From Catajapyx aquilonaris (Eukaryota): a stretch of 46,053 nt of DNA. This document shows, in pieces, positions 25,920 to 37,990 of this stretch (its first letter is position 1; every line of letters begins with the position of its first letter). The DNA is taken from positions 1 through 46,053 of the forward strand of contig KZ538822.1 of the NCBI GenBank assembly GCA_000934665.2, read 5' to 3'. Position numbers and translations under genes: made by a program. The notes under the pieces were generated by a model. That model had not been told where the DNA came from and searched no databases. It was given only the letters and a program-made list of their open reading frames with translations.

Positions 25920-27727
25920 GGTATGCGTCCCTCCAGACAACCTTTCACATTTCGATTGACACAATCCTCAAAAATCCGTCCTCGACATCACGTTTGAAGA
26001 TGCTGTCCACGAACCAACTGGATAGTGCCAGGCACCTCAGGGGCCCCTCCCTGAAGGCCCTTACCCTCCCTTCCCATCTCTCCCCTGCATATAATTACTA
26101 CACGCTCCCAGAATCCCAATGGGATGATACTCCACCAGTAGCTTCCCCTCCACTCGGATGCACCATTCGCATCCGAATGGAGCTTCCTACAGATTGAGAT
26201 AGCGCTTTCTTCGTTCTGTAACTCAGCTGGAATGGTGCGGCACAAATTAGTTCCAGTTTCCATATTGCCCACGTAAGATAATTACAGGGGGATATGTGCA
26301 GGATGTAAATATGGCCTATGAATTATTTGGAGGTAAGTAATAGCAGTACGGCACGTGTCGCCTTGTACTTAAGGACAACTTTTCCATTTGAAGATGAATT
26401 GTGCTCTCACTTTTTTTTGGGAGGATGAAGGGTGGGGGAGGCACGAGACAGTCCTTTTCTCCTCCAACCCTCCCTCCCCATCTCCGTCTCTCGCCTACCT
26501 TCTTTTTGAGATGGGGAAGGGGGAATGGGCACAATTTTTCATAGCCTTAATACGCCTTCCAACTGTCATACAATAACGCTTGGCGATTTAGCCAAGCGAA
26601 ATGTTGGAATTATATATTTGGATTTTGCCATGTAGCAGGGAAAATTCGTATCTTCCAGGGAGTGGTTGTTGCAATTTTTTAAGCTGATGGTGATTTGGCG
26701 AACAAATATTGCGCCGATTAATAATGCATGTTTGTAGTACATTTCAGTAGCATTCGCATATGCAAAGTGATGATCACTCGCGGTCCAGCAACCAATTCAC
26801 ATTAGACACATTTCATAACTATTTCCCCTACCTCCCTATAGAGAACTGTGGCATTAGGTCACCATCATTATGTATGCAGTTTCATCATAAGAACCTCAAA
26901 TACCACTTCAAGACTAAATGGCTACAGTTCGAGTTATTTGGTGCGCAGTATAGGACTGTTTTACTTATAAATAAGTAAAGTGCAAATTAACAATTTAGCA
27001 TGATGTGGTTGGCGAGCGTTGGATGAGCTCTACTTTGCATAACTTGAAATGGAGCGCAAATTATGGCTGCCACTGCTTCTCAATGTATAGTCTACCTATG
27101 CAGTGATGTGCAATTTCATTTTTTATTTCAACATACTATATTTCATAACTTATTGTTGGAAAAAGTGCAAACTGACTGCTGTCACTTCAGACGCTGCACT
27201 TCCATCGCAGTCACTGTACCTCACATTTTGTAGTAATTAACAAGCACGCGTCAATAATGAAGAGGAAAATTCATGTGTATTACTACAAGTACAGTACCTA
27301 ATGGTAAGCGCTATAATTGATGACAAAATGTTAATGACCGTGGCTTGAATCAGTTAAAAGTTGTTTACAAAGAGGTGTGACTTGACAGTTCACGACAATT
27401 TACTTTTCATTCAACATACCGGTAAACTTTGCATACAACATTCCCTAAACAAATTCAGCCGTAAAATTTTAAAGTCACAATTGACAACAAGGACTGTCAC
27501 AATATCAACAATGTAACTATAACAATGTTTGTCATTTCAGTATTATTCCTGGGCTAAACACATTTTATATCACTAGAAATGGGCAGAAACTGTTATTGTC
27601 ATATTCCCATCCACTATTTCTGACCAGTCATGTGACGTACATCCTGCAGAACATAGGGTCCTGCTAAATTAGTCCTCCAATGTTAAAAACTCTCTTTCTC
27701 CCACTCTCCCTGTAATATGAGAACGCT

Positions 27728-28054
27728 TCACAGGGCGTTTCCGGAGTGAAGAAAATGAGACGAAACTAATTTAACCCTCTTTTCAAGTTCCGTTATTAGC
27801 AATTTCGCCCTTTCTTCTGCCATTTTTTGCATGCCCAATTTAGGCCCTGGCCGCATATAACTGTCGCGAATTTCATTTCGCCTTATTGAGGAGACGAGAG
27901 TCGCAAATTTTTCATTTCCAGGGACCTGAACTTTTTGGGGAGTCATTTTAATAGGAAACTCTTTTACAGCCTTGTTTATTCGGACTATATCCTTCTGAAC
28001 TTTCCCTAGAAAATAATACACTTCCAGTTTCCTTTCATCGCTCGGCAACAACAC
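27728..28054 (-). CDS. Candidate coding exon of an uncharacterised ~109-aa protein (M|VLLPSDERKLEVYYFLGKVQKDIV...KMAEERAKLLITELEKRVKLVSSHFLHSGNAL*)
   Basis: The 108-codon open frame starts exactly at an acceptor (ggttttag|GTG). An upstream ATG|gtgagt at 28192-28194 joins it in phase 0 across a 137-nt intron. The sequence is protein-like and charged, and a promoter-like cluster lies ~120 bp further upstream. No homology recognised. Confidence 0.4.
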   Translation of the reverse strand: MLLPSDERKLEVYYFLGKVQKDIVRINKAVKEFPIKMTPQKVQVPGNEKFATLVSSIRRNEIRDSYMRPGPKLGMQKMAEERAKLLITELEKRVKLVSSHFLHSGNAL

Positions 28055-28191
28055 CTAAAACCGAATCTAACTGCGAACATTGCTCCCATGAAAGCCATAC
28101 CTATATGTTTCACTGAACAGGCTGTAAATACACATCAGATTTCAGACTCGCCTAATTAAGGGTAGCCTACTTGTTGACGAAGCTTACTCAC

Positions 28192-28206
28192 CATTCATTG
28201 GTGGCG
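28192..28206 (-). other. Candidate 15-nt exon (or 3' end of a first exon) CGCCACCAATGAATG
   Basis: The minus strand reads gactgAc-ctgttctgtccgtgtttcag|CGCCACCAATGAATG|gtgagt: branch-point-like CTGAC at about -22, a pyrimidine tract, a CAG acceptor and a consensus donor. Confidence 0.45.
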
Positions 28207-28305
28207 CTGAAACACGGACAGAACAGGTCAGTCTCTAGATAGAGTACCCTAAAGTTGAACACCAGCGACCCATTTAATAGGAAAAATTTTAAAGACTAGT
28301 TCCAT

Positions 28306-28390
28306 CCACCAGAGGCGCTGTCTCCCCATTGCGCAGGCGCAGAAAGGGAATCGGAAGCGTCGCGCAAACAATATAGGGCTGGCCAATCAG
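28306..28390. promoter_or_regulatory. Housekeeping-type promoter signature (NRF1, ETS, NF-Y)
   Basis: TGCGCAGGCGCA 28330-28341, CGGAAG 28352-28357 and ggCCAATcag 28381-28390 fall within ~60 bp. An imperfect CTCF-like CCACCAGAGGCGCT is at 28306-28319. Confidence 0.55.
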
Positions 28391-29484
28391 AAGCCTCGGT
28401 CATACAACGAATGGTTTTAGTATTATAGATGTGATAAATAACACGTTACAGAAATATGCGACACTCACTAATGTTTAGTGGACATGCCAACTCCGCGTGA
28501 TTAGGTTACGTAACTTTATAGCCCATACCCGCTATCAACATCGTGACTTGAGGCACATTGCAGTGGAAATGTCTTCATCCCCCTACCTTCAACTCCTCCA
28601 GTTTAACCCCGCTCTAAATTCATCACCCAATAGCATTTATTTCTCACGACCGTGCCATTCGTGGCCTGTATATCCGACCAAATAACCCACGCACCACATG
28701 AGCTCGGACACCCCCAACAATAGTCACCGACACGGAGAAATGGTTACGAGCAGCCAACCTCCAGATTTATGAAAGTAGATCATGTTCCAGCCCATCATGC
28801 AGAGGGGCAGGTGATCCCTTAAAAAGTTCCCCTTTTTTTCAAGATACTGAGCCTTATAAAACTCAAGATTCTAGCAAGAGATGACCTTGGGTCACGCAAT
28901 ATCCTTTTCCATTTCCCTTATTCCCCCAGTATTTTCTACCTCACTATCTGACTCTCCTTACCATTTCCAGGACTCAGACAGCTGACAAAGAACAGCCCTT
29001 CCCTGAATCCGGGGAAATTCTAGTCGCTTGTCCGAACTCCAAAGGGCGCATTAGAGATTTACAGCGACTGGGCATTGTGCGAAAAGTGGACGCTTTTCTT
29101 CCTTCCCCCACACGCGAAAATCAGTGCCACAGAAAACCGGATCTCTTCTCCAGAAAACTGGGTTGATCGGAAGAGTAAGTTAGTGTCAATGACACACCCA
29201 TGAAGTTGGAAAATATTGGTCCCCACCTAAAATAATCTGCAAAGTTATAGTACACATTCTGTGACGACACTCTTATAGATTTTCGCGGAAGCGTAGTATT
29301 TCCAACACTGATCCCGCCCTAAAGGGTTAGCCGATTGGCAAATGCAGTTCTTTTTCGACTGACATGACAGTTGAGGGCAAAAGTTCTGCTTCAATTTGGT
29401 TCAAACACGACGTGCAAACCACAGGTCAATATTCCATTCAATAATTCTGGATTCGGGTACTCTCGACATACACGAATCCTGGTA

Positions 29485-29741
29485 CAGTGTTGGACATTAA
29501 TCGCGTCGTACTGCTTGCTACTGATGCGGCAGAAGTGTGAGCCGTGCGAGTAAGAAGAGGTAGGCCTTAAGTGACGTCACCGGCTGAGGGCAATGGAGAA
29601 AAGGCTTGTCCCCCAGCCAGTGACGTCACCCAAAGGCTGCCATTTCTTACTCGCACGGCTCGCACTCTATCACTTCGATTTGCACGTCTGACGCATCGGA
29701 AAATGTCGCTAGTAGTATGACGGAATTAATGTCCAGCACTG
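29485..29741. mobile_element. Fold-back MITE family C, copy 2
   Basis: ta|CAGTGTTGGACATTAAT ... ATTAATGTCCAGCACTG|tg. Collinear with 16122-16410, including both GTGACGTCAC sites and the central caatggagaa.aggcttgtccc. Confidence 0.9.
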
Positions 29742-31185
29742 TGCTCGAGGAGTATTCTCCTATTCGCCGCATAGTGCGTACTAATTTTTGTGACAAAACC
29801 ACGCCCTATGGAAGATTTCGACAAGCAGATACGATTTTGCTATAAAGCTGTCCAATTTTCGATATTTCGTGCCCATCTGAGTCCAACAGCTATTTATCAA
29901 ACCGTTGATCCGAATAATACGGTATAATCGACAAATCCACCCCCCCTCGATAGACTATTCATCACAAATATTTGCACCAAAACACATGCCATCTCCAATG
30001 TGCATCCCGGTTCAAAATTTGACGCCCAATGAATTATGAACCATTGTCCACCCCCCAAAAATGTCTAGCATTGTCTCCACTGTCTTCCTCCGCACTATGG
30101 GGTGAAAGGTCCCTGCAACCCCGCAAAAGTGACCCCTGGGAGGGCCATCTGGTTGTTGGACACAAGATACCACCCCCCAAAAAAGAGTCCTGGGGAAACT
30201 TCACCCTCGTTTTAGCCCCAGACACGGAGATGCAATTGGACAGAGCTGCCATGTGGTTTCCTGCCCTTCTCATCTACACCCCTCCGGATCTGTTCCCGGA
30301 AAGTGGCAACATCGGTCCAGCAGCCATCAAAGACCATGGGGGTAGCCAAATGGGTCGAAAATCCACGGATTCTTTTCCATGCTGTCTGTTGCCATGACCA
30401 CCGTCGGAAAAACCTCTTTTTTTGCAACCATGTTACCTCCTACTGTATAATTCTTTGTGTGTAAGCGTAGGGCATTAAGAAACAAGGAATTTTCGCCCGC
30501 AAAAGTACGTTCATCACTTTCAACGGACAGTTCCGGAATGGCAACTCGTTTCCCAGGTAACGATCCGGCGCTACCTCCTAACAAGAGTGGCTTGCATTTA
30601 ACCCCGGAATTGTAACTGCAGGCTAGAACTGGCCCTATAAAAGCCGAAACAGAAATGGCCTCCTGACTGCGTCAAGTGGTCCTTTTCATTCTTTACAAAC
30701 CTTTAACACCCTGGATTTCAGATGGGACAAAAGACGTGTCGATTTTTAATTGAAAAATCGGCATGGTTTGATCAAAAATGGCTGACGTGATCTCTTGGTC
30801 TGCCTCCAAAGAAGAGGTCCCTTGGGCATCGCTGGGATTCCTTCTCATCTCAGGAGTTGCTGTAAAACTACTGTCCACAAGGGCGTAAATAGTACTGATT
30901 CATCTCGTTTCAACTAACTGCAGCTCTGAAAAGTCTGCTCCTGTAACGACCCGCCAGAGCGTCCCTTGTGGTCATTTCAAAAGGGCAAGTTCCATCCTCA
31001 TGTACAGTACTATGGTTTTGCAACTCAAGTAATGCGACAGACGCTTGACATTTCTATTTACAGTGGGTATAAACCAGAAGAGCTTAACAGTACTGTAGTG
31101 CACAGTTTTTCCTGTACTGTACTCGTGAGAAAGTTTTGCAGACAAGTCTATATGCATCAGCACAGCTTTTGTCAAACCAAATATA

Positions 31186-31398
31186 CAGGGTGTTCCAAGT
31201 TCGTGGGTCACTTTTATTTTCACTAATATTGCCCGACGTGGTTATTTTTTGTAGCTTGTTGTGCCCCTAATCATTCTATAGCAACTGCTATATGGAGTAA
31301 TGGGGCAACTGATTAGGAGCACAACAAGCTGCAAACAAATAACCACTTCGGGCAATATTAGTGAACAGAAAAGTGGCCCACGAACTTGGAACACCCCG
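31186..31398. mobile_element. Tc1/mariner-like MITE family F (TA TSD)
   Basis: ta|CAGGGTGTTCCAAGTTCGTGGG ... CCCACGAACTTGGAACACCCCG|ta, with ~90-bp arms including ttcactaatattgcccga / tcgggcaatattagtgaa and agcttgttgtgc / gcacaacaagct. Confidence 0.9.
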
Positions 31399-31509
31399 TA
31401 CAGCGTCCTATAATGTATAGGACACTCGTACTGTAAGATTATTAGCTATTATGTTAGTTCTTTACTTATAGTAATGTTAAAAATATGTTTAAAACAAGGA
31501 GTGAAATCA

Positions 31510-31611
31510 GAGTGAAATTTTCGTCCCACTGCTAGTTATTGCTGCTAACTTAGCAAGGCCAGTACTGGTACTGCTAAGTTAGCAGTAACTAGTGGGACGA
31601 AAATTTTACCC
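31510..31611. mobile_element. Short fold-back element family G, copy 1
   Basis: aaattttcgtcccact / agtgggacgaaaattt and ctgctaacttagca / tgctaagttagcag. Related copy at 34912-35027. Confidence 0.75.
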
Positions 31612-31761
31612 AAAATGTGCCAATCACGCGAGTGCGATTCGAGTAGACTTTCTCATTGCCTAGGAAATTCTATAATTGGACAACAACGACATAGAATGTT
31701 GTCAGTCTCATTTCCCATTACCATGTAACCTGCTAAGGAAAATAATTTCTAAAGCATGTAG

Positions 31762-31895
31762 ATTTAACCCTGGCGGATATACCGAAAGTTGACCATAAAA
31801 CCTATTTTGGGTCCGCTGAATCCGAATCCGAAAACCGTTTGTCCCTATCTCTTCCGGTTTAGGCCCTGATACCTGTCCACGGACGGACGGACATC
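31762..31895. mobile_element. Possible Helentron/DINE-1-like non-autonomous element fragment
   Basis: (ACGG)3 tract at 31879-31892 (GTCC-type microsatellite on the minus strand) preceded by gaatccgaatccgaaaaccgttt...tatctc. Resemblance by memory only; termini not found. Confidence 0.3.
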
Positions 31896-34859
31896 AAACG
31901 TCCCCCTCCAACAAAAACCGACAAATAAATGAACCATTCAATTACTATCGCACATCGTGTGTCAAATATCTTCCAGGCAAAGTGTTGATGCGGTTGCGCC
32001 CCCCCCCCCCCCCCCACCGCNNNNNNNNNNNNNNNNNNNNNNNNNNNNNNNNNNNNNNNNNNNNNNNNNNNNNNNCGCCCCCCCCCCCCCGACGAAAATT
32101 GAGTCGGCACGTGTACGTCCAAATTCAGCGCAGTTCCCCACGTGTTTTAACGATGACGAGAGGGTGGAAATCCCCATGGAGTAATCTTGGCCCCTGTGAC
32201 CACCCAACGGCGCAGAATCCACGCTTGGATGATTCACCCCGCGCCATCACAAATTGCCCAACCTGATCAATAACAAATGCTGCAGACTAGACTGAGGGAG
32301 AGGGTGGCAGGGTGGTGGGGAACTAAACGTAAGACAAGGCTTCACAACATCCTCTCTAAAAATGGGGGGATTTCATTTGTATGCAAATCAGATCCGTTCA
32401 AAGTGCATGAAATTCTGTAAAAAAAAAAATGTGTCTAAAAGTAATGAGCCAACTTGCCCTACTTCTATGCTATGTTTTATTTATTACCAGAAAAATGCTT
32501 AATTTTAAGTACTGTATATTTAGATTTTTTTTAACAAAAAGTGCAGGGTTCGGCCTTTTCCCTGAGCCAGAACATATGTAAAATGCATTGTTTTTCATTT
32601 CACTGGGGAAGGTCGACTAGTACAAACACACAACAATAATACACTGTTTTGCTAATTAGGGAGTCACATTACACGGTGTAATGTCCAGCAACATTTGAAC
32701 AAACAACAAGCAATATTAAATTAAATTTTTAGTTGGTGGTGGATATCTATATGTGCATAATGAAATTTATTTTTCAACATTTACAAGGAAACAGTGTGAC
32801 GCTTATTCCCTACTGTGTACAGTAGTTTCGAATGCCCCTCAATGTGATTGCACGTTTAAAGCCTGGAAGCAATACCAGATAAACTATTTACACCTCGATT
32901 TGCGCCTACCTGTTGATCAGCAATTATTGGAAACAATTCTCACTGCCAGCTTAACGGGAGCCACACTTTGCCGAAAATCTTCTCCAGCAATGCCAGGACC
33001 CCGTTTTCTGAGCAGATTTCATTAGCGAAGTAACGTTATCCGGAATCGAACCCGCTGTGCATTTCCATAATGGGGTCATTGATCATGAACCGTCCCCTCA
33101 AATATTGATGATCACGTAGGATGACATGATTACACTTCGCAGACTATTGAATTATGGAGGCGGGAAGAGAGGACCGTCATGAAAATACGAGCGTCGGGGC
33201 CTAAAAATAATGTGCCATGGTAAGAAATTCGACCTCAGACTTATCTCTACCAAATTCTGTCAAAGTCGTGGCCCAAACTCATTCAACAAATAGTGACATT
33301 CGCGCCAAAATTCATTTGGCTAATAGAAAAGGGCAAAACCTTGAGCAAAACATGTGACTTATTAATGAGCATTACAACAATACTGCAAGCTGCTCAAGCC
33401 AGGTTTTGCGCATTGCTATCTATTATGAATGTTGTTCAGGGGATGTGTACACATACGCTAGACCTGGCCAGATACATTCATAATGATGGCCCTCAGAAAT
33501 GCTATCATCATTTAATGTTTCTTATATGCCTGCACTGGCCAGAGTGTACATAACTATTCTGTGTTATAGTCCCATTTGAGAGTAATCATACACTGCATTA
33601 GAGCATACAGGGTATAAGAGCACTATTCATCTGGGCGTCAACAGTTATTACCCGCCACTGTAAGTGGGGTCCGAATAACGTCACACCCCTGTATTATGAC
33701 GTCATTAAAATGCCACTTACAACGAGGTACTATGGTGTTGTACACTCTGTAAATATTTGAGAGGCAGTCAAACAATAAACTGATGTAAATATTTATAATT
33801 TAGTTTCAGCTACTTTTAGTCACTCACATGACTGCAAAACAAACTGCAAATGTGGCTTTCACAAGTTTATAACTCAGCACCATCCTGCTGACTGAGAATT
33901 TGGGACACAATATTTACATGTGTTGCATAATAAACCGTGTACACCGTGTTGCAAATTTCAGTGAACAATAATTACATGTACCAAGTAAATGAGCATATGT
34001 TTTAATTGTTAGTTACTTTTGTAGTCCCCTGGTACACTGCATGCTACATTATGATCCATTAGGGAATAATCCCATTATTACCCATTGCCCATTAACCATA
34101 ACAACGTATTCTGCTCGCTTTTTGGTCAGTCATTGGGCTTGCTATTGGTTCATGCCATGAATTCAATTTACACTAAATTACATTGCGCAAATTTTGCTCT
34201 ACTATAAACCAAAAATTTTACTAGTCAAGTGCTGGGCTTTGTCGGGTCTTGAAACATACGTCAAGCTTCACCTGGTTCGTAGTACATGTGCGTTAAATCC
34301 ACAGTCCCTAGCTGCCGCTATCGATTACCTGCACAATCGGTAAATAGAGTTTCACGTGCGGATTATCTTTCAGCTCGTCCACACAGCCATCCCTTTTTGA
34401 ATGCAGTACATCTGAACAAAGGGGTTCTTTCACAGGGCTTCATATAATTAGAGGGATCCTGCTCGACTTTGCACAAAAACACAAAAAAAAAGGCCTGTCG
34501 CAACTGCAGAACGTGCCTTTCGGATGCACAAATTCCCCCGCAATGCAATGAGACAAAAAATCTAGTTAAATTAATACCATTTTTGAAATACATATTCGAA
34601 GCTGTGCATATACACGGACACTATAAAACATTCAATTTCCGGGCAGTGACACGCATTTTTGTTCCCTGAAAACTTTCCGATATTACAAAATAAATTCATC
34701 GCCGATTGCACGCGACAGCTCCCTTTTTCAGTACTAAAAATCGTACAGTTCACAGCTTTTCACAAAATTTCAATGCTGCTATAGCTGGAGTGTGGATAGT
34801 ACCATAATTATTCGTATAGTCTATAGTGTACATGCTAGTTACAAGCAGTTAGCATAAAA

Positions 34860-35240
34860 TATATTCATGAAATAAAAATAAAATAATTAATAATATACAA
34901 ATAATAACAATGGGTGGAATTTTCGTACTCACTGCTAGTTACGGATAACTTTGCAGTGCCAACATACTGCTATGGTAGACATACTGCTAAGTTAGCAGTA
35001 ACCAGTAGTGCAACAAAAATTCAACTCAAAATAACTAATAAAAATAACGCATTAAATCACAAAAATTAAAATACCGCATAATAAAATAATGAATTATTTT
35101 ATTTCATTGTGTGATTTTATCTTTATTAGTTAAATAACGTACAATAACTAATAAAAATAAAAATGAAACTAAATGTACCGGTATTAATAACTTAAATAAT
35201 GAAATAATGAAAAATAAATAAATAATAAAATAAATAAAAA
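34860..35240. repeat. AT-rich low-complexity tract ((AAT/AAATA)n-like) hosting family G copy 2
   Basis: Runs such as aataaaaataaaataattaataatat and aaataaataaataataaaataaataaaaat. Confidence 0.8.
34912..35027. mobile_element. Short fold-back element family G, copy 2 (more degenerate)
   Basis: Shares aattttcgt..cactgctagtta and tactgctaagttagcagtaac with 31510-31611. Confidence 0.65.
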
Positions 35241-36343
35241 TATGGAGACTGACAGTTCTGTATTTCTTGATATATCCTGTGAAACTACTCGGTCCAGTCA
35301 CCATCCTAGCAACAAATATGATTCTTTCCCCGGCTACACAGTATTCCCTCCAAATATAATCCGATTCCTTCCCCCAGTAATTTAATAACCAAAATGGCAC
35401 CCAAGCTCACACACGTGACATCCACCTTCACCAACCCGACACCTTCTCCTTTTTTTCCAACAGGATTGGTATCCACAGCACCGTATCGTATAAGGGTGAG
35501 GGGTGGAGGCGCATTTGGACGCTTCAACTGTCCCCCCTTCAACCCCACCCCTGCACACTTGAGGTGGTTCCCCGAACACACCCCCTCTCTCTCTGAATTT
35601 TGATAAGCGACGATCAATAAGAAGAAGAAGCTCTTCGTCGACGAAAATGGAAGCTCAACGTGGACATCTTCCTATATATATAGGTCCTCCTATTCAGTAC
35701 CATATCGGAAGTCCTAGAGAAATTCACGTAAATTAGTTTTGAGGGGAGATTCGGGCAAACACAATTAAGGAAGCGAGAGGCAATCCTCATCGCCCAGCTG
35801 CAACCGCAAGACTTTCTTGGACTAATATTATTGTAATAAATTAGCCCACCCTCTAGCTACTAAAAAGCAAAATGGTTTCCACAGCCAGCATCCATCAAGT
35901 TGCATATACACTTTTCTTTTCTGTTTCGCCTCCCTCAACCACCAGGCCACCCCAGCTTTTCTCCTCCTTTCTTAAGAGGAGGCGGGCTAAGTTAATTACG
36001 ACCAGGATGGTGCATAATGAACCGTGCAGTTAGCTTTGTTTTATGCCTAAACTTTCCGCACGTTTATGCTCCATTCAACTGAGGGCTATGGGAGGGAAGA
36101 GGGGGGGGGGNNNNNNNNNNGTGTTTTTTTTTTTCTTTCTAGCCCTACCTCGGTCATTTGCATGCCCAGTTTCTAGCCCACGATATCATCCGGAAGTTTA
36201 GGATTGGAACTAGACAGTTGTTTTGTAAACTAGTTATTTACGAGCCTACCAAAACACATGTCGGATCGGATAAACATTTATGTACCCAGAATGAAAAGTC
36301 TCATTCAGAAATAAAGACTGCTGATGAGCCAGGTCATGATGTA

Positions 36344-36498
36344 CTATCGGGTTCAAATACTTTTGTCCACTTTATCCTGGTCTTGATCTCTTGAAGCAAC
36401 CCTTCATACACACACACCACACCTCCTTAACGTGGGGTCTGTGCGAAGGGTTGCTTCAAGACCAGGATAAAGTGGCCAAAAGTATTTGAACCCGATAG
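36344..36498. mobile_element. Young Tc1/mariner-like MITE family H (TA TSD)
   Basis: ta|CTATCGGGTTCAAATACTTTTG...CAAAAGTATTTGAACCCGATAG|ta. The outer arms match 42/43, followed by agcaacccttc/gaagggttgct. Confidence 0.9.
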
Positions 36499-36559
36499 TA
36501 CATGCAACACATCCAGTATGGTGTGTATGACATGAGACGTTTTTGAATTCTTCCGTCCT

Positions 36560-36721
36560 AAGGATCTCCAAAAGTGGTCCAAAACTAGTAAGGATGAAAG
36601 TCGCATGTATACCCTGCACTAATCCCCCGGGTGACTCAGGAGGAATTAGTGCAGGGCACCCATGCGACTTTCACCCTTACTAGTTTTTGAACCACTTTTG
36701 GAGATAGGGTGTTTCTCCTTG
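36560..36721. mobile_element. Fold-back MITE family A, copy 2 (left tip partly deleted)
   Basis: atctccaaaagtggt.caaaa.ctagtaagg.tgaaagtcgcatg...ccctgcactaat / attagtgcaggg...catgcgactttca.ccttactag.ttttg.accacttttggagat. The right end gtttctccttg is shared with 5663-5805. Confidence 0.85.
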
Positions 36722-37923
36722 AGGCTCCTGCAGAACCGAGCGATATTTGGAATTAACCATCCATTTTAAAATAATTTCATTTGACATTGTATCGAGTTTC
36801 GCACAATATTTTGCGAAACGGAAAAAAGAGCTGCGTTGGAAATTCCTCCTGTAGCCAGCCGCAAATTCCAGCTGACATTCTTCATACCCTCAATCCCCCC
36901 ACAGGACTGAAAGCCAGACTGCGTTCCTTGGGTATACGGTGGGGTGTTCCAAATTGTCTCTCGCCACAAAGCTCCAACATAATAAATACTCCGACACCCT
37001 GTACAGTCCTATAGGCCTACAGTGAAACTTTGGGGGGGTTTCCCAACACTACTCCAAATCCAAACCCCATGAGTGTTGTGCTGCTCTAGTTTCAAAGCCC
37101 CCCAAGTTGGGAGAACTGTAAGCCATATCGCAGTGCTACAGATCCGATCGGAATGCCTCTTGATGTCATAGGTCATGGCTATAAAAAATTAACACCTGAC
37201 AAAGAGTAGCAAACACCATAACTAAAGTTACAGGGTGCGTCAACTTATCAGGTACAAGTTAACACTTTGACTAACCCATGCATGTCAGTCCTCATTTGAA
37301 CTTTAAAAATTCTTGGAATATCAAGCAGCTAGATGTCATGTGACAAACGTACCGTGTGTGATGCCTGCACATGCTGTCGACTGACCCATATATTAATGCG
37401 GTGCCGCTTCCTGAACTGTCATATTTACAAATGGATCTGTAGCAATATTTGCATGAAACCGGACGCCACGAATACCGCCGGGAAATGAAAAGTCCACGTA
37501 CCTACAACCACACACGCGTGGGTTATTTGGACTCCACACGTATCCTGCTATCCCGTCATTCCATATGGTTAGCGGGGATCAGCCGTTTCGAAAATCCAGA
37601 CGATGCTTTTGTGCGGCGCCTATCACGCAAGACTAGCGCTGTATAAACCTGCCAATACACAGCGGGGTAACGCTATTTTTTCCACTCCTTCTCACTCTCC
37701 CACAATGCGTGATACCTATTACGTATGGTCAATAACCCCTTCATTGCTCATATCACTACTGTTCACGTTACGCTATTTAGCCCGCCATCATAAAATTGTC
37801 CGGGGCGAGTCATCATCTGGTAGTGTAGCCTAAATACGAATCACAAACCAGCCCGTTGCCCTCTCCGGACTATGCTGCCACACCCTGCTGAAAAACTCAT
37901 TAAAACTCCATCTCTGGGTCCGG

Positions 37924-37990
37924 AAATACCCAGCGTTGATAAAGCAATCCGCCGATTGCTGCTCCCCGCCATCTTTGTGCGCCGGAAATT
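37924..37990 (-). promoter_or_regulatory. Possible TSS-proximal ETS+YY1/start-codon context (ttccggcgcacaaagATGGCG) with a weak donor
   Basis: Minus-strand ATG at 37972 reads MAGSSNRRIALSTL, then G|gtattt at 37930/37929, in a CpG-rich patch. Short motifs only. Confidence 0.25.

Noticed and set aside
29165..29175. GATCGGAAGAG, resembling an Illumina adapter
   Set aside because: Only 11 nt match and both neighbouring bases disagree; compatible with chance.
33041..33054. Minus-strand B-box-like GGGTTCGATTCC
   Set aside because: No A-box or cloverleaf around it.
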